64,000 bases of DNA from Mobula birostris (GCF_030028105.1 NC_092380.1:70119717-70183716); one strand, 5' to 3'; counted from the first letter of the stretch, positions 25,358 to 38,577 are shown. Made by a program: numbers and translations. The notes: generated by a model from the letters alone, not told the origin.

Positions 25358-25408
25358 CTTTTGAAAAGGAGGAACTTCTGGAACCTTCCGTACGGGCAGA
25401 GTCAGAGT
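25358..25408 (-). CDS. 51-nt Ser-rich micro-exon
   Basis: Acceptor tttttttaacctacag| and donor AAAG|gtatgt; duplicate of 29601-29651. Confidence 0.5.
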
Positions 25409-26340
25409 CTGTAGGTTAAAAAAATGTAGTTTAAGAAAAGCTGACATTAGTCAAATCAAATTAGCTCTTGAAATTTAAAACATTGATCATTTCACCTAAC
25501 CAGATGTTAAACTGTAACCACCTAGAATTATCTAACCACAGCATTAGGAAAAAAACACACAGTTTCAGTCAATGTGAGGTTTGATATGAAGTAAATGGTT
25601 AAATTAAGATCTTGTTAAGTTTAAAATAAATGATCATTGCATCCATAACAACTTTATTGAAATGTGTCACATGAACACATATGGCTGTGCTGAGGACCTA
25701 CAAGTACCTGGGGGTGCACCTGGATAACAGACTTGAGTGGAGCACCAACACAGAGGCTGTGTTCAAGAAGGGCCAGGGTCCCCTCTACCTCATGAGAAGA
25801 CTAAGCTCCTTTGGAACATGCAGGCCTCCTTTTCTCCTGTTCTAACAGTCTGCTGTCGCCATACAATCTTCTATGTGGTAGTGTGCTGGGGCAATGGCAT
25901 CAACATAGGTGATGCCATCAGGCTCAATGAACTGTTCAGAAAGGCTGGCTCTGTCATAGGAGTCTAACTGGACACACGGGAGGCTGTGGTAGAACAATGG
26001 ACACTATGAAAAATCATGGCAATTCTGGACAATGATTCTCGCCCTCTATATGGCACCTTGGCTGAACAGAGGAGAATTTTTAGTAATAGACTAAGACAAC
26101 TGTTCTGTTACAAGAGTGCTATATAAATTCATTCTACCTTCGGCCATTAGGATCAATAATGAGTCAGCCAGCGGCGGGTAGGTAATGACCCCCTCCTGTT
26201 AGACTGTTTGAGGTAACTTATTTTTTATTTTTTCTATTTCCATTCTAATATTTCTATCTCTGCACTTTTAATGCTACTCTGACACTGTAAATTCCTTTGG
26301 GATCAATTAAGTATCTATATCTATCTACTACAAGATCTCC

Positions 26341-26631
26341 CTTGAAGGTGTAATTTGAATTATTTCTTTTGAACTTTCTTTCTTTCTATGTGAAACATCT
26401 CACATTTGATACAACACCCATGATCTTTTTTTGCTGGAGTAAACTTTATGCTTGTAATTGATAAATTCAGACCATCTTCTGCAATCCCAGGATGACATGT
26501 TTTTGCACCTTTCCATCTTTACATCATGTTACTTAGATTTTTGCAGGAAAATAGCCCTTCATGGAGATGCTAAATGTTGCAGACTTTTTACCTTGAACTA
26601 GTTCGGGATCATTTTTAATATCAGATATCTC
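26341..26631 (-). pseudogene. Decayed Ig C1-like exon H, copy 2
   Basis: EISDIKNDPEL...ATFSISMKGYFPAKI*VT*CKDGK / SIKFTPAKKDHGCCIKCEMFH...KLHLQG; parallels exon F (FNPTARDHGKEFKMQILH...LQLRG). Confidence 0.65.
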
Positions 26632-27233
26632 CTCTCAACTTAATCCTATGCTCTCTTGTTTTCAATTCCCTTTCAAGGGAAAATGATTTGTGCACTCACA
26701 ATGGAGGTCTAAAGCAATTACAGCCATGTTCAGGCATGGAAGATGGCACCAGAATCTACCATGAAAATCTAGCCTAGGTTAGAATATTTGAAGAGTGGAC
26801 CACTGACAGAGCCGAAGGGAAAAGCACATGATCCTTCGACAAATGCTCATATTTCATCGTAAGGTGCCAAAGAGTCTGGAAATGAGTATCCCACTGATTT
26901 TTACTCATCTGATCAGGAGAAATAAGAGGTATACAAATGACAGAAAGAGTTCACTTTTGCAAAGCTTAATCCGATCTGTATTTGGTTCTTTGAGTGTACT
27001 TTTATTATCCAAAGAAATGTGGAAATTTATTCAATTTGGACACCCAGGAAATGAAGGTGGCAGACTGACAGAGAATTGAAATTAGCTGGCGTCTTGTAGG
27101 TAACAGCTCAAATTCACCATTCCAAATACTAATGATTGTCTCATGTGTAATAATGTAAAATTCTACATTGACCTAATGATGGACTTCAAGTAAAACATGT
27201 CCAGTTCAGGAACTTCAAAATTGAACACTTTAC

Positions 27234-27278
27234 CTTTCTTTTTTTCTTTACTGCTGCCATCTTTCTTAGAGGTATGGT
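27234..27278 (-). CDS. 45-nt charged micro-exon (x-HTSKKDGSSKEKKK-)
   Basis: Acceptor ctttcttttttacctacag| and donor AAAG|gtaaag; phase 1-1, open. Confidence 0.7.
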
Positions 27279-29600
27279 CTGTAGGTAAAAAAGAAAGTAG
27301 TTTAAGAAAACCTCAGTTTCGTCAAATCAAATTGGCTCTTGTAAATTTCAAACATTAATTATTTCATCCAACCATATGTTAAACAACTCCAACCACTTAG
27401 AATTATTTATTCATGGCATAGGAAAAAAACGCTCCGTTTCAGGCAATATGAGGTTTAATATGAAGTAATTAGTTAAATTAATATTCTGTTAAGTTTAAAA
27501 TAAATGATCATGTCATCTAAATCAACTTTATTGAAATGTGCCTCATGAACAGACTGGTGCTCTGCATTGCTCCCTGTTACAATTGATGATGAGGACCTAC
27601 AAGTACCTGGCGGTGCACCTGGATAACAGACTTGAGTGGAGTGCCAACACAGCGGCTGTGTCCTGGAAGGGCCAGAGTCACCTCTACCTCTTGAGAAGAC
27701 TAAGGCCCTTTGGAATATGCTGGCATCTCTTTCACCTATTCTAACAGTCTAATGTCACCAGTACAACCTTCCATGCAGTGGTGTGCTGGGACAATGGCAT
27801 CAACACGGATGATGCCAACAGGCTCAATCAACAATAAAATTTAACATTGAATATCTCCTCTCAATGATTCCTAGTTTTTCCATTCCCTTGTTGGGAAAAA
27901 GATTCATACATTCATCCTGACTATGCCCCATATGATATTATACACCTCTTGGATCACCTCTCAGTTTCCAATACACCACAAATGAAGTCCTAACCTGCTC
28001 AGCCTCTCCCTATAACTCACCCCCTTGAGTCCTGGCAACATTCTCATGAATCTGCTTTGCAATCTTTCCAGCCAATGTTATATTTTCTATAAGAGAGTAA
28101 ATAAAGCTGTGCACAATACTCCATGTGCAGCATTACCAACATCTTGTACAAGTGTAATGCAATGCCCTAGCCCTCTACATTCAATGCTCTAATGAAGGGT
28201 ACCATGCCAAATATGCCTTCTTATTCACATATCAACCTGATATGTTCTCATAGAGACATTAAAAATATCACATCCATTCTAACACACTCATCTGGACTAT
28301 GCTTCTCCTTTCTAGCTATTCTCAACACAGTGGCTCACATGCCAGTTTACTCATCTTGACTTGTCAGCATTTCATGATCTGAACCACACTCATTCCCTCC
28401 ATCCCATTCATTAGAGAAGAGCGATACAGTGATAAGGGAGTTTATTTATCAATGCAGAAGTCACAAATACACATCAGATGAAAGCGTAGGATGCATGCTC
28501 GGCAAGATTCTTGACAACAGAGTCAGTACGTATTTCCTTGTGGAAGAGAAAGGAAGTGACCTTGTTTTAAATTGGAGGCCTAAAGTGATTACAAGCATTT
28601 TCACGTCGGGAAGTTGGCACCAGAATCTATCATAAAAATCCAGCCCACGTTAGACTATTTGAAGAGTGGGCGACATGACAAAGCCACAAGGGAAAAGCAG
28701 CTCACTGATAGGTGCTCAAGTGTTTGTTTGGAGATGACAACTTCATTGATATTTACTTAGGCGATCAGGAGAAACAGGAGGTATACAAATGACATGAAAA
28801 ATTTAATTTTGTAAAGATTAATCAGATTGTATTTGGCTCTTTCAGTGTATTCTTGTCATCATCTAAAGATCAGTGGAAATTTACTGGATATGGACACCCA
28901 ACAAATGAAGGCAGCAGACTGACAAGAGCTTTGAAATGGACTGGCAGCTTGTATACAACAGCTTAAATTCACCATTTCAAATACCAATGCACTTCTCATG
29001 TGCAATAATATAAGATTCTACTTTGACCCAATAATGTGTTTCAGGTAAACCATGTCCAGTTCAGGAACTTCCCAAAATGATTACTCTACCTTCATCTTTT
29101 GCTCTACTGCTGCCATTGGTGTGTCGTGGGAGATGGAAGATCTCTGGCTATGTGCCCAGAGACCCGAGCTCTTTGGGCAGAGAGCTCGGAAAAAGTGACG
29201 CAGTGGACTTTTAACATCATAAAATCAGAAAATTGTTTGTTATGTCTCCCCTCTCGCTGTGAAACAGGGACACCTCTTTTTTTCCCTTATTTGGCAGAGA
29301 GAGAGAGAGAGAGAGAGCCTGTGGTATATCGAATTAACTGAACGAGTAGAACTTGGGGTACTGCAAGTCTGTATCTTTATCAATACTTTGCTGCAAGCTT
29401 GAGTGTTCAGTGGAGGGGGCTGATGATTTTTTTGCTGATGGAGGAGGCTTGTGCTTGAGAGTGGGGAGCTGGGGCGGCTTTGGGGTTCTAACATTTAACT
29501 GTCATTCATTCTTTGGGGCACTCCTGTTTTCCTGGATGGTTGAGGAAAAAAAAGAATTTCAGGATGTAGATTGTATACATTTCTCTGACATTAAACGTAC

Positions 29601-29651
29601 CTTTTGAAAAGGAGGAACTTCTGGAACCTTCCGTACGGGCAGAGTCAGAGT
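29601..29651 (-). CDS. 51-nt Ser-rich micro-exon (x-SDSARTEGSRSSSFSK-)
   Basis: Acceptor tttttttaacctacag| and donor AAAG|gtacgt; phase 1-1, open. The donor lies in the 3' end of an inserted repeat. Confidence 0.5.
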
Positions 29652-30583
29652 CTGTAGGTTAAAAAAATGTAGTTTAAGAAAAGCTGACATTAGTCAAATC
29701 AAATTAGCTCTTGAAATTTAAAACGTTGATCATTTCACCTAACCAGATGTTAAACTGTAACCACCTAGAATTATCTATCCACAGCATTAGGAAAAAAACA
29801 CACAGTTTCAGTCAATGTGAGGTTTGATATGAAGTAAATGGTTAAATTAAGATCTTGTTAAGTTTAAAATAAATGATCATTGCATCCATAACAACTTTAT
29901 TGAAATGTGTCACATGAACACATGTGGCTGTGCTGAGGACCTACAAGTACCTGGGGGTGCACCTGGATAACAGACTTGAGTGGAGCACCAACACAGAGGC
30001 TGTGTTCAAGAAGGGCCAGGGTCCCCTCTACCTCATGAGAAGACTAAGCTCCTTTGGAACATGCAGGCCTCCTTTTCTCCTGTTCTAACAGTCTGCTGTC
30101 GCCATACAATCTTCTATGTGGTGGTGTGCTGGGGCAATGGCATCAACATAGGTGATGCCATCAGGCTCAATGAACTGTTCAGAAAGGCTGGCTCTGTCAT
30201 AGGAGTCTAACTGGACACACGGGAGGCTGTGGTAGAACAATGGACACTATGAAAAATCATGGCAATTCTGGACAATGATTCTCGCCCTCTATATGGCACC
30301 TTGGCTGAACGGAGGAGAATTTTTAGTAATAGACTAAGACAACTGTTCTGTTACAAGAGTGCTATATAAATTCATTCTACCTTCGGCCATTAGGATCAAT
30401 AATGAGTCAGCCAGCGGCGGGTAGGTAATGACCCCCTCCTGTTAGACTGTTTGAGGTAACTTATTTTTTATTTTTTCTATTTCCATTCTAATATTTCTAT
30501 CTCTGCACTTTTAATGCTACTCTGACACTGTAAATTCCTTTGGGATCAATTAAGTATCTATATCTATCTACTACAAGATCTCC

Positions 30584-30871
30584 CTTGAAGGTGTAATTTG
30601 AATTATTTCTTTTGAACTTTCTTTCTTTTTACGTGAAACACCTCACATTTGACACAACTGCTATGATTTTTTGCTGGAGTAAACTTTATGCTTGTAATTG
30701 ATAAATTCAGACCATCTTCTGCAATCTCAGGATGACCTGTTTTTGCACCTTTCCATCTTTATATCATGTTACTTTGATTTTCGCAGGAAAATGGCCCTTC
30801 ATGGAGATGCTAAATTTTGCAGGCTTTTTACCTTGAACTGGTTCGGGATCACTTTTAATATCAGATATCTC
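30584..30871 (-). pseudogene. Decayed Ig C1-like exon H, copy 1
   Basis: My translation: EISDIKSDPEP...FSISMKGHFPAKIKVT*YKDGK / IAEDGLNLSITSIKFTPAK / CVKCEVFH. It has stops and frameshifts, and both ends abut repeats. Confidence 0.65.
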
Positions 30872-31461
30872 CTCTCAACTTAAACCTATGCTCTCTTGTT
30901 TTCCATTCCCTTTCAAGGGAAAATGATTTGTGCACTCACAAAGGAGGCCTAAAGCAAATACAAGCATATTCAGGCATGGAAGATGGCACCAGAATCTACC
31001 ATGAAAATCTAGCCTAGGTTAGAATATTTGAAGAGTGGACCACTGACAGAGCCGAAGGGAAAAGCACATGATCCTTCTACAAATGCTCATATTTCACCAT
31101 AAGGTGCCAAAGAGTCTGGAAATGAGTATCCCACTGATCTTTACTCATTTTTACTCATTTACAAATGACAGAAAATGTTCACTTTGCAAAGCTTAATCCG
31201 ATCTGTATTTGGTTTTTTGAGTGTACTTTTATCATCCAAAGAAATGTGGAAATTTATTTGATTTGGGCACCCAGGAAATGAAAGTGGCAGACTGACAGAG
31301 AATTGAAATGGGCTGGCGGCTTGTAGACAACAGCTCAAATTCACCATTCCAAATACTAATGATTGTCTCATGTGTAATAATGTAAAATTCTACATTGACC
31401 TAATGATGGACTTCAAGTAAAACATATCCAGTTCAGGAACTTCCCACAATGAACACTTTAC

Positions 31462-31506
31462 CTTCCTCTTTTTCTTTACTGCTGCCATCTTTCTTAGAGG
31501 TATGGT
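31462..31506 (-). CDS. 45-nt charged micro-exon (x-HTSKKDGSSKEKEE-)
   Basis: Acceptor ctttcttttttacctacag| and donor GAAG|gtaaag; phase 1-1, open. Confidence 0.7.
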
Positions 31507-33216
31507 CTGTAGGTAAAAAAGAAAGTGGTTTAAGAAAACCTCATATTCGTCAAATCAAATTGGCTCTTGTAAATTTCAAACATTAATTATATCATCCAAC
31601 CATATGTTAAACAACTCCAACCACTTAGAATTATTTATTCATGGCATAGTGTAAAGAACTGTGTTGTAATTTATTGGATATGGGCACCCAAGGAATGAAG
31701 GCTGCAGACTGACAGAGCGTTGAAATGGAATGGCAGCTTGTATACAACAGCTCAAATTCACTATTCCAAATACTAATGCTTGTCTCATCTGCAATATAAA
31801 ATTCTACTTTGACCCAATAATGGATTTCAAGTAAAACATGTCCAGTACCATAATTACTTATTTGCATGCTAACTGGCCCCAACATTTTACACAATACTTT
31901 CAACTCTTTATGATATTTAAACTCCTCCTGTCAAAGTATTGTTCCAATCATTTCACCAACTGTGCCAGTTAAAAATTACACATTTCACACTGAAGATTTG
32001 TCATCAAGTTTGATCACACAGCTGCTAAACATCAGCGATACCCCCTCCCACACTCACGCTCCCCCACCCCTCCATTAAACTGCTGTTCTGCAGCAGAAAG
32101 CATCAGCTGAGAGAAATCCTTTCCACAATGATTGGAAGATTTTCTCAGTGACATCGGGTGTATTGGTGCTTCACTGCTTTGTTATTAACTATACATTCCA
32201 GCAAAGAACCCTCTAATAATCATTTGCCACTAGCACACAAAGGAATTTTAACTGCGCACAAATTATTGTCACCCTCTACCTAAGTTGGTAAGTTAAGTAT
32301 ATTTTACCATCGTACATAATCACATTCCCTTTTCTGGTTTCTGACTCAATGATGTGTATTATTTTATTTCTTTTAAACAATAAATAACAAAGAAGACTTG
32401 GTAGCTTATTATCCTTAGAATAGCTTCAGGTTTACTTCCACTTAAAAATTCAGTGCTGTTGTCACTGGACAACAAAATTGCAGTGCAAAATTTTTGCACA
32501 CAATGGTCATTACAAATTAGAGGGAACATTGTGCTCTAGTCCTTTTATTTCTGAAAATCTGTGACATTACCAGCCTCTGTTACTCCCCAGCAATGGGCTA
32601 CACCCAAGCCCTGCACTATTGCACTGGTTAGTTACCTTGTTGATCCAGCACTTTCCAGTGCCAGCCATCAGAGGCACAGTCTGCACACTGTCTCCATAGC
32701 TTCCTCTGCACCCGATCCGTTCACTGAGGCGATCACAGTGCTATTCTCACTGAGATGACAGTTCTAGGCACTCACTATATGAAACTGTGGCCAAGATGCT
32801 ATGCTCTGTGGGATAGCAGCAAATGATATACTGCTGGTCTTATCAGAATACAGAGTGTCAATCTCATTGAAACGTACAAAACTCTTATCTGTTTGGACAG
32901 GGATTAATGTGCAGTTGATGTTTCAACTGACTGATATACTGAGAACAAGGTATCAGTGCCTTAGCAGTTTGGATGTGAGAAAAAAAATTCATCATTCAGA
33001 GCTGTAAGGAAACTATGAAGCCATCTTCAAAGCAGAAATTTAAAGATATTGGAAAATAAAGTCTGTGGGGCCAGTACAGGGATATAATACTGCAATAAAA
33101 AAAGCAAAGCCTGGCATGATCTTATTGATTAGAAAAGCAGCCATGAGAAGCCAAATGGCTTAGCCTACTTCTTATGGTACAATGTGATTGCAGACTTGGT
33201 TAGAATGGGTATTCAC

Positions 33217-33546
33217 CTCTTAATTGCAGAAAGTAACTGGATGTGACAGACTTGCTTGAAGTTTCAGAATGAAGGATTTGCATTTTGAACTCTTTCCCAT
33301 GATCACGAGCAGTTGGGTTAAATGTCCAATGGGATGATCGTGAGTACAAACCACTGGAATCCTTTGTACTTTCTTCAGTGACTATTCCTGCTTGTGATGC
33401 ATCTTCAATTTTACTATCATCTTTGAACCAGAATATCTGATTTCCTTCTGGATAAAATCCATAAGCCGTGCAGGAAAGTTTTAAAGGCTTTCCTATTTCA
33501 GGGCAAGGTGGATCTGCCTTAATTTCTGAGATCTTTGGCAATGAAA
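33217..33546 (-). CDS. Ig-like exon F, copy 6 (type A)
   Basis: Acceptor ttttttatatctag| and donor AGAG|gtgaat; 330 nt, open; nearly identical to copy 1. Confidence 0.8.
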
Positions 33547-34329
33547 CTAGATATAAAAAAGGAAGAAAAATACTTTAAACCAAATATGCAACTTAAAGAA
33601 CATTACAATTTAAACCAAAACTGACAAGCATTTCTTAGTAAGTAGATAAAGACTGAAAACTATTAAAAGCAATGAAAAAAACTATTGTCATGTCTTTCCT
33701 GATTTGGATTATTATTTTATTTCTAATTACTGGATCTCACTGCTTTCTTGTGGGTTCTCAGCTGTTGTTGATTGCTCATTAGTCTCTTGTTAAGCAATTA
33801 GCTTTCATCATCAGGACAGTCATTTTACATTGTTTATATATTTCATTTGGTAGTTAGAAGCACTGGTTATTTGAATCTGTCTTTTGTTAGAATGCTAACA
33901 TTTTAATTAAAAAATAGAATTATTCAGGAGAGTTCTTTAAACTATCCTTTATCCTTTAATTGTGTGAAATACTGTCAAACATCCTTGATAAATATAATCA
34001 TAAGGTGGCTAGTTTTGTTCAAATAGTTTTAGTTTTTACAATCAATAGCAATTTAAAGTTTCACACTTTTTCCTCTTAACTATATCTATGTATTAACTTT
34101 TATTTCTTTACCTACAAATCAATGAATTCACCCATTTTAATTTACTTTCATTTTCTAAGGAATTCTCTGTTCAATCAAATCCACCATGTTCACCTTCCTT
34201 TGCAGTAATACAATTAGCCTGTAGGATTTGTGAAACTTAGCTTGCTGTTTTAGTAAATGGATGCCAAAAAATTACAAGGTATGTCCTAGTACCAACAGTT
34301 ATCATTAGACGTCCATCCTTTATGAATTT

Positions 34330-34987
34330 ATGACTTATTACCTCACCCAATTACTGCTATCTTTGGATTACCAATGATAGATTCAAGTTATTTAACCTCT
34401 TCAGTATGTAGGATGATTGCATTTCTTACTCTAATGGCTAGAAGATCTATTTTGCTGTATTGGAAAGAGATTAACCCTCCTACTGTATTCCACTGGTTTT
34501 CACAAGCTATGGTGTGTTTGAATTTGGAAAAAATTAGAAGTGCAGTTTATGACCCCTGCAATAAATTTGAAAAAACTTGGAGGCCGTTTATTCAGCATTT
34601 TCATTTGATGTAAGTTGACCATTTCCAAACTTGTTTTATCTCTCTGTACTGCTGGTTGAGAGGTGCGGAGTTGTCGACACTAAGGTTTTCTTCTTTCCCA
34701 TTTTTAAGTTGTTAGTACTGCCTAAGTCTTTAGTTTAGTTGACTAATTCTGTTTAGTTTTTTTTGGGATAGGGTTTTTATTTAGTTTTTTTTCTTTTTCA
34801 TGTTTTTTTCCCAGTTTTTTTTTTGCTTTGTATTATTCATTCCTATTCTACACGATTGGGAGTTTTGTCAATTTACATTATATGGTCTTACAATTATTTA
34901 TTTTAACTGTAACAATGTATCTCCTACTATTTGTATTATTGCTATGTTATGTTTTCATTCTATGAAATTAATAAAAAGATTGAAAAA
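34330..34987 (+). mobile_element. L1 3' end insertion with 6-bp TSD GAATTT
   Basis: Absent from the paralogous site at about 53991-53996; ORF piece MARRSILLYWK...LEKIR resembles the L1 ORF2 C-terminus; A-rich tail. Confidence 0.8.
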
Positions 34988-35062
34988 GAATTTCAAATTG
35001 ATTGTAGAAAAAACAAGTTCAGAAACAAAAAAGTAATCTTCTTCTAAAAACGTGTTACTTAC

Positions 35063-35373
35063 TCACTTCACCAGCTACACCAGCTACTCTATTGGCTTTG
35101 ATAAGATCTCATATGCTACTTGGCATGTGTATTTTGTTGCAGTGTCAGCGCTGGTAAGAACAATCTGCAATTTAGCTGTGAAATGATAGAGTTCATCCTG
35201 TCCAATCACTGCATCATTAACTTCAGAATTTTGTTGAATTTCTGAGCCATCTTTGAGCCATTTAACCGTGATATCTCTGGGGTAAAATGCACTTATTTGA
35301 CAGCTTAAATTCATGGGCACTTCTGCAATTAGTTTTGCTGCTTCACACTTTATAGTGCCCAGTTCTGGAGGAG
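35063..35373 (-). pseudogene. Inactivated copy of exon E
   Basis: Acceptor is ttccGG instead of ttccAG; length 311 nt versus 312; in-frame TAG at 35084-35086 from a TAGCTGGTG duplication. Confidence 0.8.
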
Positions 35374-35708
35374 CCGGAAAAGAAAACAAGGTTTGAAACA
35401 TGAGCAGATTTTCAAAAGTTGGGGACTAGATATTGCACCTTCCATAAGTAATTACTTATAGCTTTGAAAACTTTGGAAAAAGACAAAAAATATAATTACT
35501 TAATTTATTAATTTCAGTACAATCCGACCCTATTGATTTAGCTTGTTATATTCTTAAATTATCTCAAATTTTTTCCCTTGTGACATTATTACTACCTTGT
35601 AACAGTAAGAGAAATATGGCATCAAGACAATGCATTCATTAGAGGAGCCTCCAAATGAAATAAGCAATCTGGATCCTTTCTCGTTGGAAGGCTTAGATAA
35701 TAGTATAC

Positions 35709-35933
35709 CTGTAATTCTTAGGGTTATTTCTTTCTCTTGCTTGTCGTTAGTGGAGTGGTGCAGTATGCTACATAAGCACTGCGAGTTCTGGTCTTGCTGC
35801 ATACTTGGCACAATAACTAATACACTAGCAATGCTGTAAGTTTTGTCTTCATGCTCCATTTCACTGATGTGATGCTTTGCATTCAAGTTCATTCTGTTGT
35901 CATCGTGTACGATTGTCGTGGTGTCCAGCTGCA
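35709..35933 (-). pseudogene. Truncated copy of exon D (3' part only)
   Basis: Matches 54695-54919 and keeps the donor. The 5' part and acceptor are replaced by CR1-like sequence from about 35934; the nearby AGs do not give the phase-1 frame. Confidence 0.75.
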
Positions 35934-38247
35934 TATTCCATGTGTGGCACTAACAACATCTTGTATGACTGTAATGCAATGCCCCTTCCTCTTACATCCA
36001 ATGCCCTGCTGAAGGCCAGCATGCCAAATATGTCTTCTTATTCACCTATCCACCCGTCATGTCATGTTCTCAAAGTGACATTAAAAATATCATATCCACT
36101 CATTTGGACTAACCTTCTCCTTTCTAGGTATTCTCAATACAGAGGACCACAGGCCAGTTTACCTGTCTTGCCATGTCAGCATTTCAGTATCTGAACCACA
36201 CTCATTCCCTACCTCCCATTCACTACAGCTGAAACATACAGTGATAAAGGAGTTTGTTTGTTAATGCAGAAGTCACACATGTTTGAAAGACAAATGTGTG
36301 GCCAACATGCTGGGAAAGATTCTTGACACCAGAGTCAGGATTCATCACTTCATGGAAGAAAAGGAAAGTGATTTTGTTTTAAAATTGATTCCTGAAGGGT
36401 ATACATGCATGTTCAGCCATGGAAGCTGGTACCAGAATCATCCATGGAAATCCAGTCCATCTTAGAATACTTGAAGAGTGGGCCACTGACTGAGCAGAAA
36501 GGAAAAGCACATGTTCCTTCTACAACTACTCAACGTTCGCCATAACCTGCCAACGTATCTGGAAATGAGCATCTATTTGACCTGTATTCATCTGATCGGG
36601 AGGCATACAAATAACAGAAAAAAATTAATTTTGTAAAGCTTAATCAGATCTGTATTTTGCTCTTTGCGTGTATTTTGTCATCATGTAAAGAACTGCATTG
36701 AAATTTATTGGATATGGGCACCCACCGAATGAAGGCAGCAGACTGAAAGAGCGTTGAAATGGACTGGCAGCTTGTATACAACAGCTCAAATTCACTGTTC
36801 CAAATACTAATGCTTGTCTCATCTGCAATATAAAATTCTACTTTGACCCAATAATGGATTTCAAATAAAACATGTCCAGTACCATAATTACTTATTTGCA
36901 TGCTAACTGGCCCCAACATTTTACACAATACTTACAACTCTTTATGATATTTAAACTCCTCCTGTAAAAGTATTGTTCCAATCATTTCACCAACTGTGCC
37001 AGTTAAAAATTACACATTTCACACCGAGGATTTGTCATCAAATCTGATCACACAGCTGCTAAACATCAGCGATACCCCCTCCCACACCCATCCTTCCCCA
37101 CCCCGTTAAACTGCTGTTCTGAAGCAGAAAGCATCAGCTGTGAGAAATCCTTTTCACAATGATTGGAAGATTTTCTCAGTGACATCGGGCGTATTGATGC
37201 TTCACTGCTTTGTGATTAACCATATATTCCAGCAAAGAACCCTCTAATAATCATTTGCTACTAGCGCACAAAGGAATTTTAATTGCGCAGAAATTATTTT
37301 CACACTCTACCTCGTTGGTAAGTTAAGTATATTTCACCATCGTACATAATCACATTCCCTTTTCTGGTTTCTGACTCACTGATGTGTATTATTTTATTTC
37401 TTTTAAACAATAAATAACAAACAAGACTTGGCAGCTTACTATCCTTTGAATAGCTTCAGGTTTACTTCCACTTAAAAATTCCTTGCTGATGTCACTGGGC
37501 AAAAAAATTGCACCGCGCAAGATTTTTCAACAGAATAGCCATTACAAATTAGAAGGAACATTGTGTTCTAGTCCTTTTATTTCTGAAAATCTGTAACATT
37601 ACCAGCCTCTGTTACTCCCCAGCAATGGGCTACACCCAAGCCCTGCACCATTGCACTGGTTAGTTACCTTACTTGATCCAACACTTTCCAGTGCCAGCCA
37701 TCAGAGGCACAGTCTGCACACTGTCTCCATGGCTTCCTCTGCACCCGATCTGTGCACTGAGGCGATCACAGTGCTATCCTCACTGAGATGCCAGTTCTAG
37801 GTACTCACTATATGTAACTGTGGCCAAGATGCTATGCTCTGTGGGATAGCAGCAAATGATGTACTGGTGGTCTTATCAGAATACAGAGTGTCAATCTCAC
37901 TGAAATGTACAAAACCCTTATATGTCTGGACAGGGATTAATGTGTAGTTGATGTTTCAATTGGCTGATATACCGAGAACAAGGTATCAGTGTCTTAACAG
38001 TTTGGATATGAGAAAAAAAATCATCATTCAGAGCTGTGAGGAAACTATGAAGCCACCTTCAAGGCAGAATTTGAAAGCTATTGGAAAATAAAGTCTGTGG
38101 GGCCAGTACAGGGATATAACTCTACAATAAAAAAAACAAAGCCTGGCATGATCTTATTGATTAGAAAAGCAGCCATGAGAAGCCAAATGGCTTAGCCTGC
38201 TTCTTATGGTACAATGTGATTGCAGACTTGGTTAGAATGGTATTCAC

Positions 38248-38577
38248 CTCTTAATTGCAGACAGTAACTGGATGTGACAGGCTTGGTTGAAGTTTCAGAA
38301 TGAAGGAATTGCATCTTGAACTCTTTCCCATGATCACGAACAGTTGGTTTAAATGTCCAATGGGCTGATCGTGAGTAAAAACCACTGGAATCCACTGTAC
38401 TTTCTTCAGTGACTATTCCTGCTTGTGAGGCATCTTGAATTTTATTATTATCTTTGAACCAGAATATATGATTTCCTTCTGGAAAAAATCCATAAGCCGT
38501 GCAGGAAAGTGTTACAGGCTTTCCTATTTCAGGGCAAGGTGGATCCGCCTTAATTTCTGAGATCTTTGGCAATGAAA
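38248..38577 (-). CDS. Ig-like exon F, copy 5 (type B)
   Basis: Same splice sites as copy 2; same translation in the ORF track. Confidence 0.8.

Larger units (their letters stand above)
23620..31650. repeat. Higher-order duplication (~4.24-kb period) within the micro-exon array
   Basis: About 23.62-27.42 kb matches about 27.87-31.65 kb; micro-exon offsets are 4243 (25358/29601) and 4228 (27234/31462). Confidence 0.85.
31650..35933. repeat. Segmental duplicate of the unit + exon F + exon E + partial exon D block
   Basis: 33.0-35.93 kb matches 52.62-54.92 kb apart from an L1 3' insertion; 31.65-33.0 kb matches the array unit. Confidence 0.85.

Noticed and set aside
32195-32530. Possible hAT MITE with ccctctaa-containing inverted ends in each array unit
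   Set aside because: Only about 8-10 bp of imperfect inverted similarity and no clear 8-bp TSD.
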